DNA of 64,000 nt from Gemmatimonadales bacterium. GTDB lineage: Bacteria > Gemmatimonadota > Gemmatimonadetes > Gemmatimonadales > GWC2-71-9. Made by a program: the position numbers and the translations under genes. The DNA lies in the NCBI GenBank assembly GCA_965249575.1, contig OZ252244.1, forward strand, positions 352,001-416,000, in the 5' to 3' direction. Every line of letters starts with the position of its first letter. The stretch's first letter is position 1. Of this stretch, positions 50,299 to 60,448 are shown piece by piece. The notes beneath the pieces are model-generated. The model made no database searches and was not told where the DNA came from. It saw only the letters and a program-made list of their open reading frames with translations.

Positions 50299-51836
50299 TA
50301 CCGCACTACCCGCACCAACTCCTCACCCCCATCCGGTCCGGTCCGATACAAAAGGCTGGACGCAGGTCCTCCGCCCGGAGGGAACTCGAAATCCACGACA
50401 CTCCCACCGCCCGTCAACTCGACCCTTAGCATGTCCTCGCTCGCGTCGAAGATCTCGGCACGGCTCCACGCCACACCCATCCAGACCTCGAGCCCGTTCG
50501 CTACGACCCGCCACTCCATTCTCCCAAGCCGTGGGCTCTCGTAGATACCGGCGTAGTCCTCGAGCGGGTGCGCGAGTGCTTCGAGCCGCGCCGCGCGCTC
50601 AGCGAGGTGGCCGGCGAGGCGTCGGTGAACGTCCTCCAGCCGCTTCCGGAAGGTCTCCAGACGCACCGCGTAGTTTTCCTCCAGCCCGGGCTTGCCGAGC
50701 AGGCGATCGTAGACGTAGGTCGCCATGAGATCAGCCGCCGGAGATGCGGGGCCAGCCGCGTCACTAGTACGATGACTCCGATCCCGTGTTCAGGCATGAA
50801 CGACATGTGGGACCGATATCCGGAGAACGAGCCGAAGCGGTGCACCACGGTGTCGCGTTCGTACGTGCCCAGGTCCCACCCGTACCCCCAGCCAAACCGA
50901 TGAAACGGTCCGAACTCGCGGTCCTGATCGGCGTGTTTCCGGTGCGTCGCCTCCAAGGCGTTGCGACGCAGTATGATGGCTTCGCGATCGACCGCTCTCC
51001 CGCTCAGGTGCGCGGCAACGAACCGCGCCAGATCCCGCGGGGTGGCGAAGTGTCCTCCCGCGGCGTGCATGTTCGCGTCTGCTTTTCGTAGGGGGAGCCG
51101 CTCGAATCCCGAGCCCGCGACGCCATGCGGGAGGGCGATTCGCTGCGTGGGGATGCGGGACACGTATGCGCTCGTCTGCTCCATCCCCATGGGGTCGAGC
51201 ACCTCCTGGCGTACGACCTCTTTCCAGCTCTCGGAGCTCGTGCTCTCGAGGACCATTCCCAGAATGGTTGTAGCCGAGGTTCCCGTAGGCAAATCGACGC
51301 CCGGAAGGCGATGGACCGTATTCCTCGAGGAGGTCGATGAGCTTCTCGTGCGTGAAGTCACCGGTGAAGGCCGTGCGGAACACGACCGGCCCTCGATCTT
51401 CGATGCCGTGGGTCATGGTCAGGTGATCGTGAATCGTCACGGAGTCGGCGTCGAGCGGCGGCCGGAAGCGGAGCTCCTGCACGAACGCCGTGATGGGCGC
51501 GCGGAGGTCGATCACTCCTCGATCGGCCAGTGCGACCACGGCGGTCGCCGTGAGTGCTTTGGAGCTCGAGGCGATGTAAAACGCGGTTTCCGCATCGACC
51601 CGCCGGCCACCGTCCATGTCAGCGACGCCAAATCCCCGCACGTGTAGCACCCAGTCGTTGTGGACAACAGCCACGCCCATCCCAGGCACGGCACCCATCT
51701 CTACGAGCTGCTCCGCGAACCTGTCTACGTCCGATCGCCAGTCGCCGCCGATCAGCGCCTGGGCCCGTGCCGAGCTTGGCAAGACGAGGACACTCATCGC
51801 GACCCCCAAGCGGGTCGAGTGGGATATGCCTCTCAT
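50298..51836 (-). pseudogene. Serine hydrolase of the beta-lactamase/class C (AmpC/PBP) family, two frameshifts
   Basis: IASSSK (SxxK), YGN (YxN), HRFG. An extra C near 51267 and a missing A near 50760 join three ORF-track frames. Confidence 0.85.
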
Positions 51837-52322
51837 CACTGAGACTCCTTCCTTGTCCCCAGAACGGGCTTCATACATGGAAGGTAAATGAGGTCCCGCA
51901 GCGGACCTCGAACGAATCGAACCGAGGGGGTGCGGATGCGCTGGTGAACCCGATCCGAGAAACCCCGTGTCCGAGGATGGATCCTTGGTTCGACGCTCGC
52001 CATCCCCGAAAGTCGTTCGGGAGGCCGTACCGGCTCGATCGCGGGTGATGACACTGTAGACGAGTGCAAGATTCCTGAAGTTTCACAACGTAACAACGCG
52101 TAGCGATTATCGGGCTGACGAAGGACAAGTTCATGGCTCGCACCACGTGAACCCGACCGTCCAACAAGACGGCCCCAAGCAGGCGCTCGCGGACTCGAGG
52201 TCCGCATGGGTGTGGCGTGGAGCCGCGCCGAGGTCTTCGACGGTGCCTGACGACCGCTTGCGAGCGGCATGGTCAATCTGGCTCTGGGACGGTGGCCGCA
52301 CCGCCGTTAGATTGCCCCCGCA

Positions 52323-53115
52323 GTGATCTCCGTTTCCAACCTCGCGAAATCGTTCGGTGACCGGACCTTGTTCGCCGGGGCATCGTTCCAGCTCAACCCG
52401 GCCGAGCGGTACGGACTCGTCGGCGCCAACGGTTCGGGCAAGACCACGCTGCTCCGGATTCTGAGCGGCGACCTCGCCCCTGACGGCGGCACCGTCTCCG
52501 TTGCAAAGCGGCTTCGGCTCGGCGTGCTCCGTCAGGATCAGTTCATCCACGACGAGCAGGAAATCCTCGGCCTCGCCCTCCAAGGCAATCCGGAACTGTC
52601 GGCGACAACGAGGTGCTGCACGGTGTCGACCTCACGGTCGTCCGCGGCGATCGCCTCGCCATCATGGGGCCGAACGGCATCGGCAAATCGACCCTCCTGA
52701 AGATCGTGATGGGCCAGCTCGAAGCCGATGCCGGGCAGGTGGAGTGGGGGTACGAGACCCATCTCGGCTACTTCGCCCAGGACCACCGAGCGGAATTCGA
52801 CGCGCGGGACAGCACCGCCGAGCAATGGGTCTGGGGCTTTTGTCCCGAGCGCGACTTCGGATATGTGCGCGGCGCCATGGGTTCGCTACTCTTCTCCGGA
52901 GACGACGGCAAGAACCCCCTGAGCGCGCTGTCCGGCTGCACGAGATCGACGGGCTGTTTTGCGAACCGGACTATTTTGCTCGGACGCCAACCGAAGAGGT
53001 TCGCGCCCGTGAGGCCGAGCGCCAGGATCTCCAGAACGAGCTCGCGGATCTCATGGCCGAGTGGGAGCGCGTCGAGCATGAGTGCGCAGCAGTCGAACTG
53101 TCAGGGCAGACATGA
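52323..53115 (+). pseudogene. ABC-F family ATPase remnant with large internal deletions
   Basis: Three fragments in different frames: first NBD start (GANGSGKT), part of the second NBD (GPNGIGKST...LSG), and the C-terminal coiled coil (..LMAEWER). Confidence 0.8.
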
Positions 53116-53191
53116 AGTCGCCGAACGCCCGAGAGTACAGCCACCGCGCGACGCTGGCGCAATCATGCGGTTCGGCTTGGGCCGACTCCAC

Positions 53192-53647
53192 TTGAAGATT
53201 TGGATCGACGCGGACGCCGCCCCACGCGACGTGAAGGAGCTGGTCTTCCGGGCGGCAAAGCGCCTCAGCGTCCCCACCGTGCTCGTGGCCAACCAGCGGC
53301 TGCAGCTGCCGGTAGACAATCCCCTCGTCACGGCCGTGTGGGTCGAGGGCGGTCCCGACGTCGCTGACCAACACATCGCGACGGCGGCCGAGTCCGGGGA
53401 TCTGGTGGTAACCCAGGACATCCCGCTGGCAGCGTTGCTGGTCCCCAAGGGCGTAGCGGTCTTGGATCCGCGGGGTGACGAGCACACGTCCGCGACCATC
53501 GGCGAGCGACTCTCCGTCCGAGACTTCATGGACCAACTTCGAACAGCAGGAGCGGTGACCGGCGGACCTCCCCCGTACGACGTGCAAGCGAAGCAAGCCT
53601 TCGCTTCGGCGCTGGACCGGACTCTCACCCGCCTGCTCCGGGCCTAG
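53192..53647 (+). CDS. YaiI/YqxD (UPF0178) family protein
   Basis: [10 protein letters not shown]...DVADQHI...[10 protein letters not shown]...[11 protein letters not shown] start. Confidence 0.9.
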   Translation: MKIWIDADAAPRDVKELVFRAAKRLSVPTVLVANQRLQLPVDNPLVTAVWVEGGPDVADQHIATAAESGDLVVTQDIPLAALLVPKGVAVLDPRGDEHTSATIGERLSVRDFMDQLRTAGAVTGGPPPYDVQAKQAFASALDRTLTRLLRA

Positions 53648-53706
53648 TGGCGCGTGGACGGTTAACCGGCGCAAGCCACCGGAAGGGGCATTCAATCCCT
53701 GAGCAC

Positions 53707-54222
53707 ATGCACCCTTCTCTCGTTGCGGAGCGGCCGCCCGTGGTCCTGTTCCTCAAGAACCTGCTGTTCACTGTCGCCGTGCCGGGCACCGTCGCCGGGC
53801 TCCTGCCGTGGTGATTGTTCGGTCCATACAATCCGCTGGCGAACCACGTGATCCCCGTGGGAGCCGGCGGTATTCTCATGGCGTTGGGACTCACGTTGTT
53901 TTTCGCGTGTGTCTGGCCGTTCGCAACCTTCGGCAGAGGAACACCAGCGCCGATCGATGCACCCATCCACTTGATCGTTGCCGGCCCCTACCGTTACGTG
54001 CGGAACCCAATGTATATCGCCGTTCTGTTCTTCGGGCAGGCGATCATCCTGCTCTCGCCCGGTCTCGCCCTATACGGCCTCGCGGTCGGTATGGTGTTTT
54101 CACTGTTCGTGGTCGGTTATGAAGAGGTTGCGCTGCGGAACCGGTTCGGCGATGAATATGAGCGTTACTACAGTCGGGTACCGCGGTGGATTCCGCGAAT
54201 ATCGAAGGACGAAGAGTCATGA
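53707..54222 (+). pseudogene. Isoprenylcysteine carboxylmethyltransferase/PEMT-family membrane protein with in-frame TGA at 53812-53814
   Basis: FLKNLLFTVAVPGTVAGLLPW*LFG...GRGTPAPIDAP...GPYRYVRNPMY...YEE...RVPRW. Confidence 0.8.
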
Positions 54223-54629
54223 ACGCTCGGCACTTGTTTGCGACCCTAGTCGTATTTCAGGCGGCGCATTCCCTCGAGGAAACCACGTTCGGTCTGTATC
54301 GCTGGCTGCCATACATCAACTGGATCGACGAACGGTGGCCGGGCGGCGCCTTCCTGGTCTTCGTGCTCATCAACGCGTCGTTCGTCTTGTTCGGCGGATG
54401 GTGCTACGTGGCCCGCGTCAAGCCAAGAGCGCCGAGTGCAGGCGTCTTCGTAATGCTGTGGGTCACTGTCGAGATATTGAACGGTATCTTACACCCAACC
54501 TGGTCGTTCGTTGTCGGCGACTACGTCCCAGGAACATTCACCGCGCCTTTTCTGTTGGTTGTCGCATCGCTGCTGCTCTGGCGCTGGTCAAGCGAAGCGA
54601 CAGCCCGACCGACCTATCCGGAAGCCTGA
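54219..54629 (+). CDS. HXXEE-domain membrane protein
   Basis: AAHSLEE motif, NGILH, YVPG, TM segments. Confidence 0.82.
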   Translation: MNARHLFATLVVFQAAHSLEETTFGLYRWLPYINWIDERWPGGAFLVFVLINASFVLFGGWCYVARVKPRAPSAGVFVMLWVTVEILNGILHPTWSFVVGDYVPGTFTAPFLLVVASLLLWRWSSEATARPTYPEA

Positions 54630-54967
54630 GGCTCCTTCCTGGCACTCTCCCTCATGACGACCCCTGCCAGGAGAACGGGCACCACCGACGCGAATCCGAA
54701 TGCGATCTTCCCCGTCAGGAGCAACATTACGGCAGAGCCCAAGAACGTCACTGCCGCGGCGGACGCGCCCCAAATTCTCGTGTTCTTGAGTGTCAATAGA
54801 GCACCCCCGGTCAGCTGTACCAGGCCGAATACGACGACCGCGCTGCCCCCGAGCCCCGCGCTCTCGAAGAAACCCACTTCCTCCGGCAGCCGTGCGACCT
54901 TCGGAATCCCGGCGGTCATGCTCAGAAGTGTCACGAGAACCAGGTTGACCCTCAGTAGGATGTTCAT
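54614..54967 (-). CDS. DoxX-like small membrane protein
   Basis: 117 aa, 4 TM segments, AGIPKV...FGLVQL pattern. Confidence 0.65.
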   Translation of the reverse strand: MNILLRVNLVLVTLLSMTAGIPKVARLPEEVGFFESAGLGGSAVVVFGLVQLTGGALLTLKNTRIWGASAAAVTFLGSAVMLLLTGKIAFGFASVVPVLLAGVVMRESARKEPQASG

Positions 54968-55957
54968 CTAGGCCTGGTCGTCGGATTCCACCGTGACGAC
55001 CACACACCCCTTCTTCTGCCCCGATTCGATATAGCTGTGCGCCTCCGCAGTCTGCTCCAACGGATAGCGTCTATCGATGACCGATCTGAGCTTTCCCGCC
55101 TCGATGAGCTCCCTGAGAGAAACCAGACCCTCAGCCGTTTCGCTTGCGAACTCGACGATCACCTTCTTGCTGCTCGTCATCGAAGTCCAGACCGCGCGAA
55201 ACATATGCCGCAGCGCGGGGTTGCCCAGGAGATAGCGGCCGTTTCGTCTCAGCGATCTCAAACTTCCCGAGAACGAGCTCTTGTCTACCACGTCGAAGAT
55301 GACGTCGTACGTTCCGCGGCTTTCCGTGAAATCCTCTCGAGTGTAGTCGATGACGTGGTCCGCCCCAATGGAGCGCAGCATGTCCAGCTTTTCCGTGCTG
55401 TCCACACCAGTCACCTCAGCCCCGAAGTGCTTGGCGAGTTGGATCGCGAATGTACCTATGCTCCCGGCCGCTCCATTGACGAGAACCCTGTCGCCTCTCT
55501 GGATGTTTGCCTTGCGCATGAAATGCAGTGTATTGAGTCCCCCAATGGGAACGGAGGCGGCTTCGTCATAGGTCATATTGGCCGGTTTGATTGCCATCGG
55601 ATACTTACTTGGGAGGCATACGTACTCGGCGCAGGCACCAAAGACGAAGCCGGTAGCCGCAAAAACCTCGTCGCCTGCTCGGAATCGCGTCACGCCTCTA
55701 CCTACCGCTTCGACTTTTCCGGCTAGATACAATCCCGGTATGAAATTCTTCCTGGGTTTTCTGATACCGATGACCACTCGGAGTGGGAGCCAGAAGAGCA
55801 GCGCGATCTGGAAGCGTCGAACCTCACAATCCCCGGCGGTTATTTCAGCTGCACGTATCTTGATGAGGACTCCATCGTCCTTGGGAGTGGGCTTATCGAC
55901 TTCCTTGAGTTGAAGGACGTCCGGTGGTCCGTATTCCGTGCAGACGATGGCTTTCAT
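54968..55957 (-). CDS. NAD(P)-dependent medium-chain oxidoreductase (zinc-independent MDR, quinone-oxidoreductase-like)
   Basis: MKAIV..YGPPDVLQLKEV, NGAAGSIG, GADHVIDYT, VIDRRYPL. Confidence 0.9.
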   Translation of the reverse strand: MKAIVCTEYGPPDVLQLKEVDKPTPKDDGVLIKIRAAEITAGDCEVRRFQIALLFWLPLRVVIGIRKPRKNFIPGLYLAGKVEAVGRGVTRFRAGDEVFAATGFVFGACAEYVCLPSKYPMAIKPANMTYDEAASVPIGGLNTLHFMRKANIQRGDRVLVNGAAGSIGTFAIQLAKHFGAEVTGVDSTEKLDMLRSIGADHVIDYTREDFTESRGTYDVIFDVVDKSSFSGSLRSLRRNGRYLLGNPALRHMFRAVWTSMTSSKKVIVEFASETAEGLVSLRELIEAGKLRSVIDRRYPLEQTAEAHSYIESGQKKGCVVVTVESDDQA

Positions 55958-56073
55958 AGAGACTTCCCTCTAAGTTCTGCCCTTGTAGGGACTGAAGACA
56001 TGATCCTCTCGTCGACGAGCCGCGAAGAGGAGCCCTACCCCACACTACGCTGAAGCATACTCTCGGGAGCCCC

Positions 56074-57054
56074 ATGAAAGCGATCGTATTCACTCGATAT
56101 GGGCCTCCGGACGTTCTGCAGCTCAAAGAGGTGGCAAAGCCAGCTCCCAAGGACAACCAAGTCCTCATACGAATCCATGCCACGACGGTGACGTCGGGGG
56201 ACGCGAGGCTGCGAAGTGTCAACGTCCCTACCGGGTTCCGGCTCATCATGCGCATCGTGTTCGGCTTCACGGGACCACGGAAACCAATTCTCGGGATGGA
56301 GTTAGCCGGGAAGATCGAATCCGTCGGCAAGGATATAGAGCTATTCAAAGAAGGGGATCAGGTTTTCGGGGCGGGTTCCGGCTGCCATGCGGAGTACACC
56401 TGTCTGCCTGAGGACGAGGCGTTGGCGACCAAGCCCGTCAATCTGACCTACGAGGAAGCCGCCGCCGTTCCGTTCGGGGCACTATCCTCGTTGGTCTACC
56501 TCAGAGACTTTGGACGGATTCAGAGCGGCCAGAAAGTCCTCATCAACGGGGCTTCCGGAGCGCTGGGCACATTTGCGGTACAGCTCGCCAAACACTTTGG
56601 CGCCGAAGTGACCGGGGTGTGCAGCACCCCCAATCTCGAGCTGGTGAAATCGCTCGGCGCCGATGAGGTCATCGATTACACCAAGGAGGACTTTACCAAG
56701 AACGGCGAGACCTACGACATCATCTTCGACACCGTAGGTAAGACGTCCTTTTCGCGATGCAAGGCCTCACTGAAGCAGGACGGCCGCTGTCTCCTCGCTG
56801 TCGCCGGAATCCCAGATTTTCTCCGAATGCTGTGGACCTCGATAACAGGCGGTAAGAAAGTGGTGGGTGGGGTAGCAGCCTTCAAGAAAGCAGATTTGGT
56901 TTTCGTCAAGGACCTCATCGAGGCGGGCAGGATAAAGCCGGTTATCGACAGACGCTACCCGCTGGAACGGATCGCCGACGCTCATCGGTACGTTGATAAG
57001 GGGCACAAGAAGGGAAGTGTCGTAATCGTGGTAAAACACGATGACAAGGCCTGA
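56074..57054 (+). CDS. NAD(P)-dependent medium-chain oxidoreductase, divergent paralog
   Basis: MKAIV..YGPPDVLQLKEV, NGASGALG, GADEVIDYT, VIDRRYPL. Confidence 0.9.
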   Translation: MKAIVFTRYGPPDVLQLKEVAKPAPKDNQVLIRIHATTVTSGDARLRSVNVPTGFRLIMRIVFGFTGPRKPILGMELAGKIESVGKDIELFKEGDQVFGAGSGCHAEYTCLPEDEALATKPVNLTYEEAAAVPFGALSSLVYLRDFGRIQSGQKVLINGASGALGTFAVQLAKHFGAEVTGVCSTPNLELVKSLGADEVIDYTKEDFTKNGETYDIIFDTVGKTSFSRCKASLKQDGRCLLAVAGIPDFLRMLWTSITGGKKVVGGVAAFKKADLVFVKDLIEAGRIKPVIDRRYPLERIADAHRYVDKGHKKGSVVIVVKHDDKA

Positions 57055-57227
57055 CGAAGCGCTAGACCTCCTGGCCCGTTGCTCGCAGTGATCCCGCTTC
57101 GGAGTCCTCTCGACAACCGACGGCTACAACCTCTGGATCTTCCCAGAGAGCGCACCCGTCACCTACATCGCCGGTGTCACGATCCCGAGAGCGGGCACGG
57201 AGCGGCAGACCAAGTTGTGCGGTCGCA

Positions 57228-57935
57228 TCAAAACCTCACCGACGCACCGAGGCCGAAGCGGCCGGTGCCCTGCGGCACGATGCCCAGGCGGAAGCGATCG
57301 AGGGGCACCTCGTCCCAGCGATCGTACGGAAGGGGAGGCCGATGAGCGCGCCCGTGACAGCGCCAACGGCGGCACCACCCGCCGCGGCTGCAAGAGAATC
57401 CCCCCGCCTCCGCTGTCTCCCCCATCACCTATTCCTCCGGCGGCGGCTATAAGAGCAACCGGTGCGGCGATTGTACCAACAACGAGGCCGATTGCCGCGC
57501 CCCTGCCCGCGTTCGACCGCATCCCCCGGTGGACCTCGAATCGAGTCACTCTTTCCATCCCCACCCGCGTTGAACCCACGACGAGCGTGTCGGCGTCGAG
57601 CCTGGTCAGTATCCCGGCGTGCCCATTGAGTCCCGCAGTTGGGGCGGTGATGCGCACCCGCGTAAGCAGGCCGGATTCGGGGGGCTGCCCCCGAACTCGA
57701 ACCTCGCGACCCACTCCATGGGAATTCGCACCAGATCAGCCTGCCCCGAAACGTACATCACGAGCGTGTCCAGTTTCGCCGAGACGAATGCTCCCTCGGC
57801 TGCGCGGACGACTCCAACCGACAGCGCACTCGGGGCGTTGAGGACGGCGCGCATTCTCGTGCCGCGCTCGACCCCCGCCCCCTGTGCACGAGGTTCGGCC
57901 GGCACGAACCGCGACACCCAGGTTATCGGCAGCAC
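57228..57935 (-). pseudogene. Frameshifted hypothetical protein with repeated RVR...DTLV...RFE domains and Gly-rich TM tail
   Basis: Pieces in three frames (57606..57935, 57163..57714, 57228..57428); no 5' end found. Confidence 0.55.
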
Positions 57936-57968
57936 AACGAGTCCGGCCTGCTTACGCGGGTGCGCATC
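57649..57968. repeat. 27-bp perfect inverted repeat pair
   Basis: 57649-57675 gatgcgcacccgcgtaagcaggccgga is the exact reverse complement of 57942-57968. Confidence 0.9.
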
Positions 57969-58001
57969 GTCGAGACCTCCCAGTCTCGAAGGCCGGGCCG
58001 G

Positions 58002-58493
58002 TCACGATCCGGGGCACGGCGGCGACGCGAAGTTCGTGTTGTCGTGCACCACCTTCCATTCTCCATCGCGACGCTGCCAGACGAAGGTCCAGACGCCACA
58101 GAAGGAGCTGAGAGGCTCGCCAGAGACGAATTGCTCGGCCGAAAAGGAATTCGTGGTGAGGGCGGATTCCCGACCGAGGATCAGGACCTCGATGTCCGAC
58201 GCTTCGATGCCCAGCGAATCCAGGCCTGCGAAATACGTGGAGTCGTCGATGTATACTGTTTCCGTCGACCTGAAGGTCGCGCCCGCCGGATGACGAATGT
58301 CCGGGCCGGAGGCGTACCACTTCGTGCTGTACTGGGGATCGGATTCACCTATCATCATGGCGATGTCCCGGACCGCCGCTGTGAGGAAGCTGCCAATCGA
58401 GGAGCGCTCGGCCTGAGTCAGCGGGCCCGGCACGGCCTGGCAGCCGGCCAACCCAATGAGGCTAGCGGCCGCGAAGAATCGGGTAAGTCGCAT
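58002..58493 (-). CDS. NTF2/SnoaL-like lipoprotein
   Basis: GAGG RBS, lipobox LAGC, C-terminal VWTFVWQRRDGEWKVVHDN. Confidence 0.75.
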   Translation of the reverse strand: MRLTRFFAAASLIGLAGCQAVPGPLTQAERSSIGSFLTAAVRDIAMMIGESDPQYSTKWYASGPDIRHPAGATFRSTETVYIDDSTYFAGLDSLGIEASDIEVLILGRESALTTNSFSAEQFVSGEPLSSFCGVWTFVWQRRDGEWKVVHDNTNFASPPCPGS

Positions 58494-58716
58494 TGGTTCC
58501 TCTCGAGGGGGCATACGAGTAGACCGTGTTCCACCCGTCGCCAACGTCATACCGGAGACGAGGGAAGCGGGAACCGGCCAGAAACAGATGGGTGTGGTGC
58601 TGCGGCCGCAATCGGGGACTTCCCTAGGCAACCGGCGGGGAATCCCCCATGGGTCTTGTGGGGTCAAGTGGAAAGTGCTGACGTTCCGTTCGTTGAGCGG
58701 GCTACAACCTCATCCC

Positions 58717-58923
58717 CTACCCATGTTTCACGCAATCGTAGTACGGAAAATTCACCTCGCAGGACCATCCGGGGCAGCACGCCCACTTGTTGCAATCAAA
58801 ATTGGTGTTGCATCCGGATACTCCGGGGCCGGTCGAATCACTACAGCCTGTCGTTGCCGGTGACATCGCTGACAGCCCGAGTAGCAGGACCACCTGGAAC
58901 ATGCGCTTGCCTAGTTTTCTCAC
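58717..58923 (-). CDS. Tiny lipoprotein with knottin-like (C-C-CC-C-C) Cys framework
   Basis: GAGG RBS before GTG 58923, basic then hydrophobic leader, TTGC lipobox-like site, CNTNFDCNKWACCPGWSCEVNFPYYDC. Confidence 0.6.
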   Translation of the reverse strand: MRKLGKRMFQVVLLLGLSAMSPATTGCSDSTGPGVSGCNTNFDCNKWACCPGWSCEVNFPYYDCVKHG

Positions 58924-59199
58924 GGCGCCAACCTCGTTTGAGCTCGGACAGTTATTGGCCGGTGCCGTCAAGCGGGCGTCAAGCAATTCTCCCGGGCACA
59001 TGTGGTTGATCCGGGTCTCGGCGTCGGGCGGGAGTAACTTCGGGCGCCGGTCTGTCGGCGCTTTCTCAAGGGGCTATCGAGGCGCGGGAGCTGCGTCGTA
59101 TCTGGTCAGAGGAGTGTCGAGGGGCATCAGCGGCGGAGAGGGTCCGGTAAGATCATCCGCAGACCTCGGCCCGCCTTCCTCGGATCTCAACACCATCAT

Positions 59200-60318
59200 C
59201 TAGCTTACCGCCAACGCGTACTCCTGCACGGCCTCCTGCACGAAATCGAAGCCGACTCCGGGCCGGTCCGGCAGCACGAGCGCGCCGTCGCGGACCTCGG
59301 TCTTCTGGTCGATCAGCCATCCGAAGTTGAGCACGCTCTCGTCGGGAAAGTATTCGACGAGGAGCCCGTTGGGGACGGTACTCACGAGGTGAAGGTGAAA
59401 GTGGTGAAACCAGTCCGGAGCCATCGTCGCGCCATGCGCCGCCGCGAGCTTCGCAATCCGATTCCACTCCGTCACCCCACCGCACCGCGGTGCCTCCGCC
59501 TGGAGAATGCTCGCCGCTTTCCGCTCCAGGATAGTCTCGAATGCCGGAAGCCCATAGTAGAACTCTCCGGTGGCGACCGGTTGGGGAATCCGCTCCGCGA
59601 GGCGCACATAGCTCTCGAGATCGTCCGGCGGGAAGGGATCCTCGATCCAGTACGGATCGAACTGCTGGCACATCTCGACGTACGGCAAGGCCGTCGCGAG
59701 GTCGTCCCACGCCAGGTAGAAATCGAGCATGAGATGCCGGTCCGGCCCGAGTACGTCGCGAACCGCCCCGATGCGCCGCTCCTCTTCGGCCACAGTCCCC
59801 TTCCCGGCCTTGATCTTGACGGCGTCGAATCCCATGCCCACGTAGCCGGTGGCCTCTGCGGCGAGATCTTCAGGGCCTTTGCCCTCTGCGTAGTAGCCGC
59901 CTGAGGCGTAGGCGGGCACCGTCGGACCGCTGCTGCCGCCCAGCGCCTCATGCAGCGGCCGGCCGACCACCCGGGCCCGCCGATCCCACAACGCGATGTC
60001 GATGGCGCTGATGGCATTCTTGATCAATCCCGCGCGTCCCTGAATGAGCACGGCGCGATACATCGCGTCCCAGCGCGCTTCGATATCATCTGCCTCGCTG
60101 CCAACGAGGACCGGCACTAGCAGATCGCTGGCGGCAATGGCCGCGCCCCGCGCCCCCGCGGTCCCGACGTAGCTGAATCCGATGCCCCGGCTGCCGTCGT
60201 CGCATTCGAGCTCGACGAGGAGATAGTCCCGATGTCGAAACGTCGCCGCCGAAGCGACCATCGGTTTCGCAAGTGGGACGCGGACGGGAATGATGCGAAC
60301 GGTGGCGATCTTGGCCAT
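59200..60318 (-). CDS. Mandelate racemase/muconate lactonizing enzyme family (enolase superfamily)
   Basis: AISAIDIALWD, YASGGYY, KIK, metal ligands MLD / WIEDP / TGE. Confidence 0.9.
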   Translation of the reverse strand: MAKIATVRIIPVRVPLAKPMVASAATFRHRDYLLVELECDDGSRGIGFSYVGTAGARGAAIAASDLLVPVLVGSEADDIEARWDAMYRAVLIQGRAGLIKNAISAIDIALWDRRARVVGRPLHEALGGSSGPTVPAYASGGYYAEGKGPEDLAAEATGYVGMGFDAVKIKAGKGTVAEEERRIGAVRDVLGPDRHLMLDFYLAWDDLATALPYVEMCQQFDPYWIEDPFPPDDLESYVRLAERIPQPVATGEFYYGLPAFETILERKAASILQAEAPRCGGVTEWNRIAKLAAAHGATMAPDWFHHFHLHLVSTVPNGLLVEYFPDESVLNFGWLIDQKTEVRDGALVLPDRPGVGFDFVQEAVQEYALAVS

Positions 60319-60448
60319 TTGCACTCCGTATGACTCAGAACTCGCGCCCGACGTTTCTTCTTTGTTGCACGGGATTGCGGAGCGACTCGCCCTCGATGAA
60401 CCGACAGACGCAATGGAGGAAGGAAATGGCCGGCCCTGGACGGCCCGC

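Noticed and set aside
50298..51836. Beta-lactam resistance gene
   Set aside because: SxxK/YxN serine hydrolases of this family are mostly esterases or peptidases; the gene is also frameshifted.
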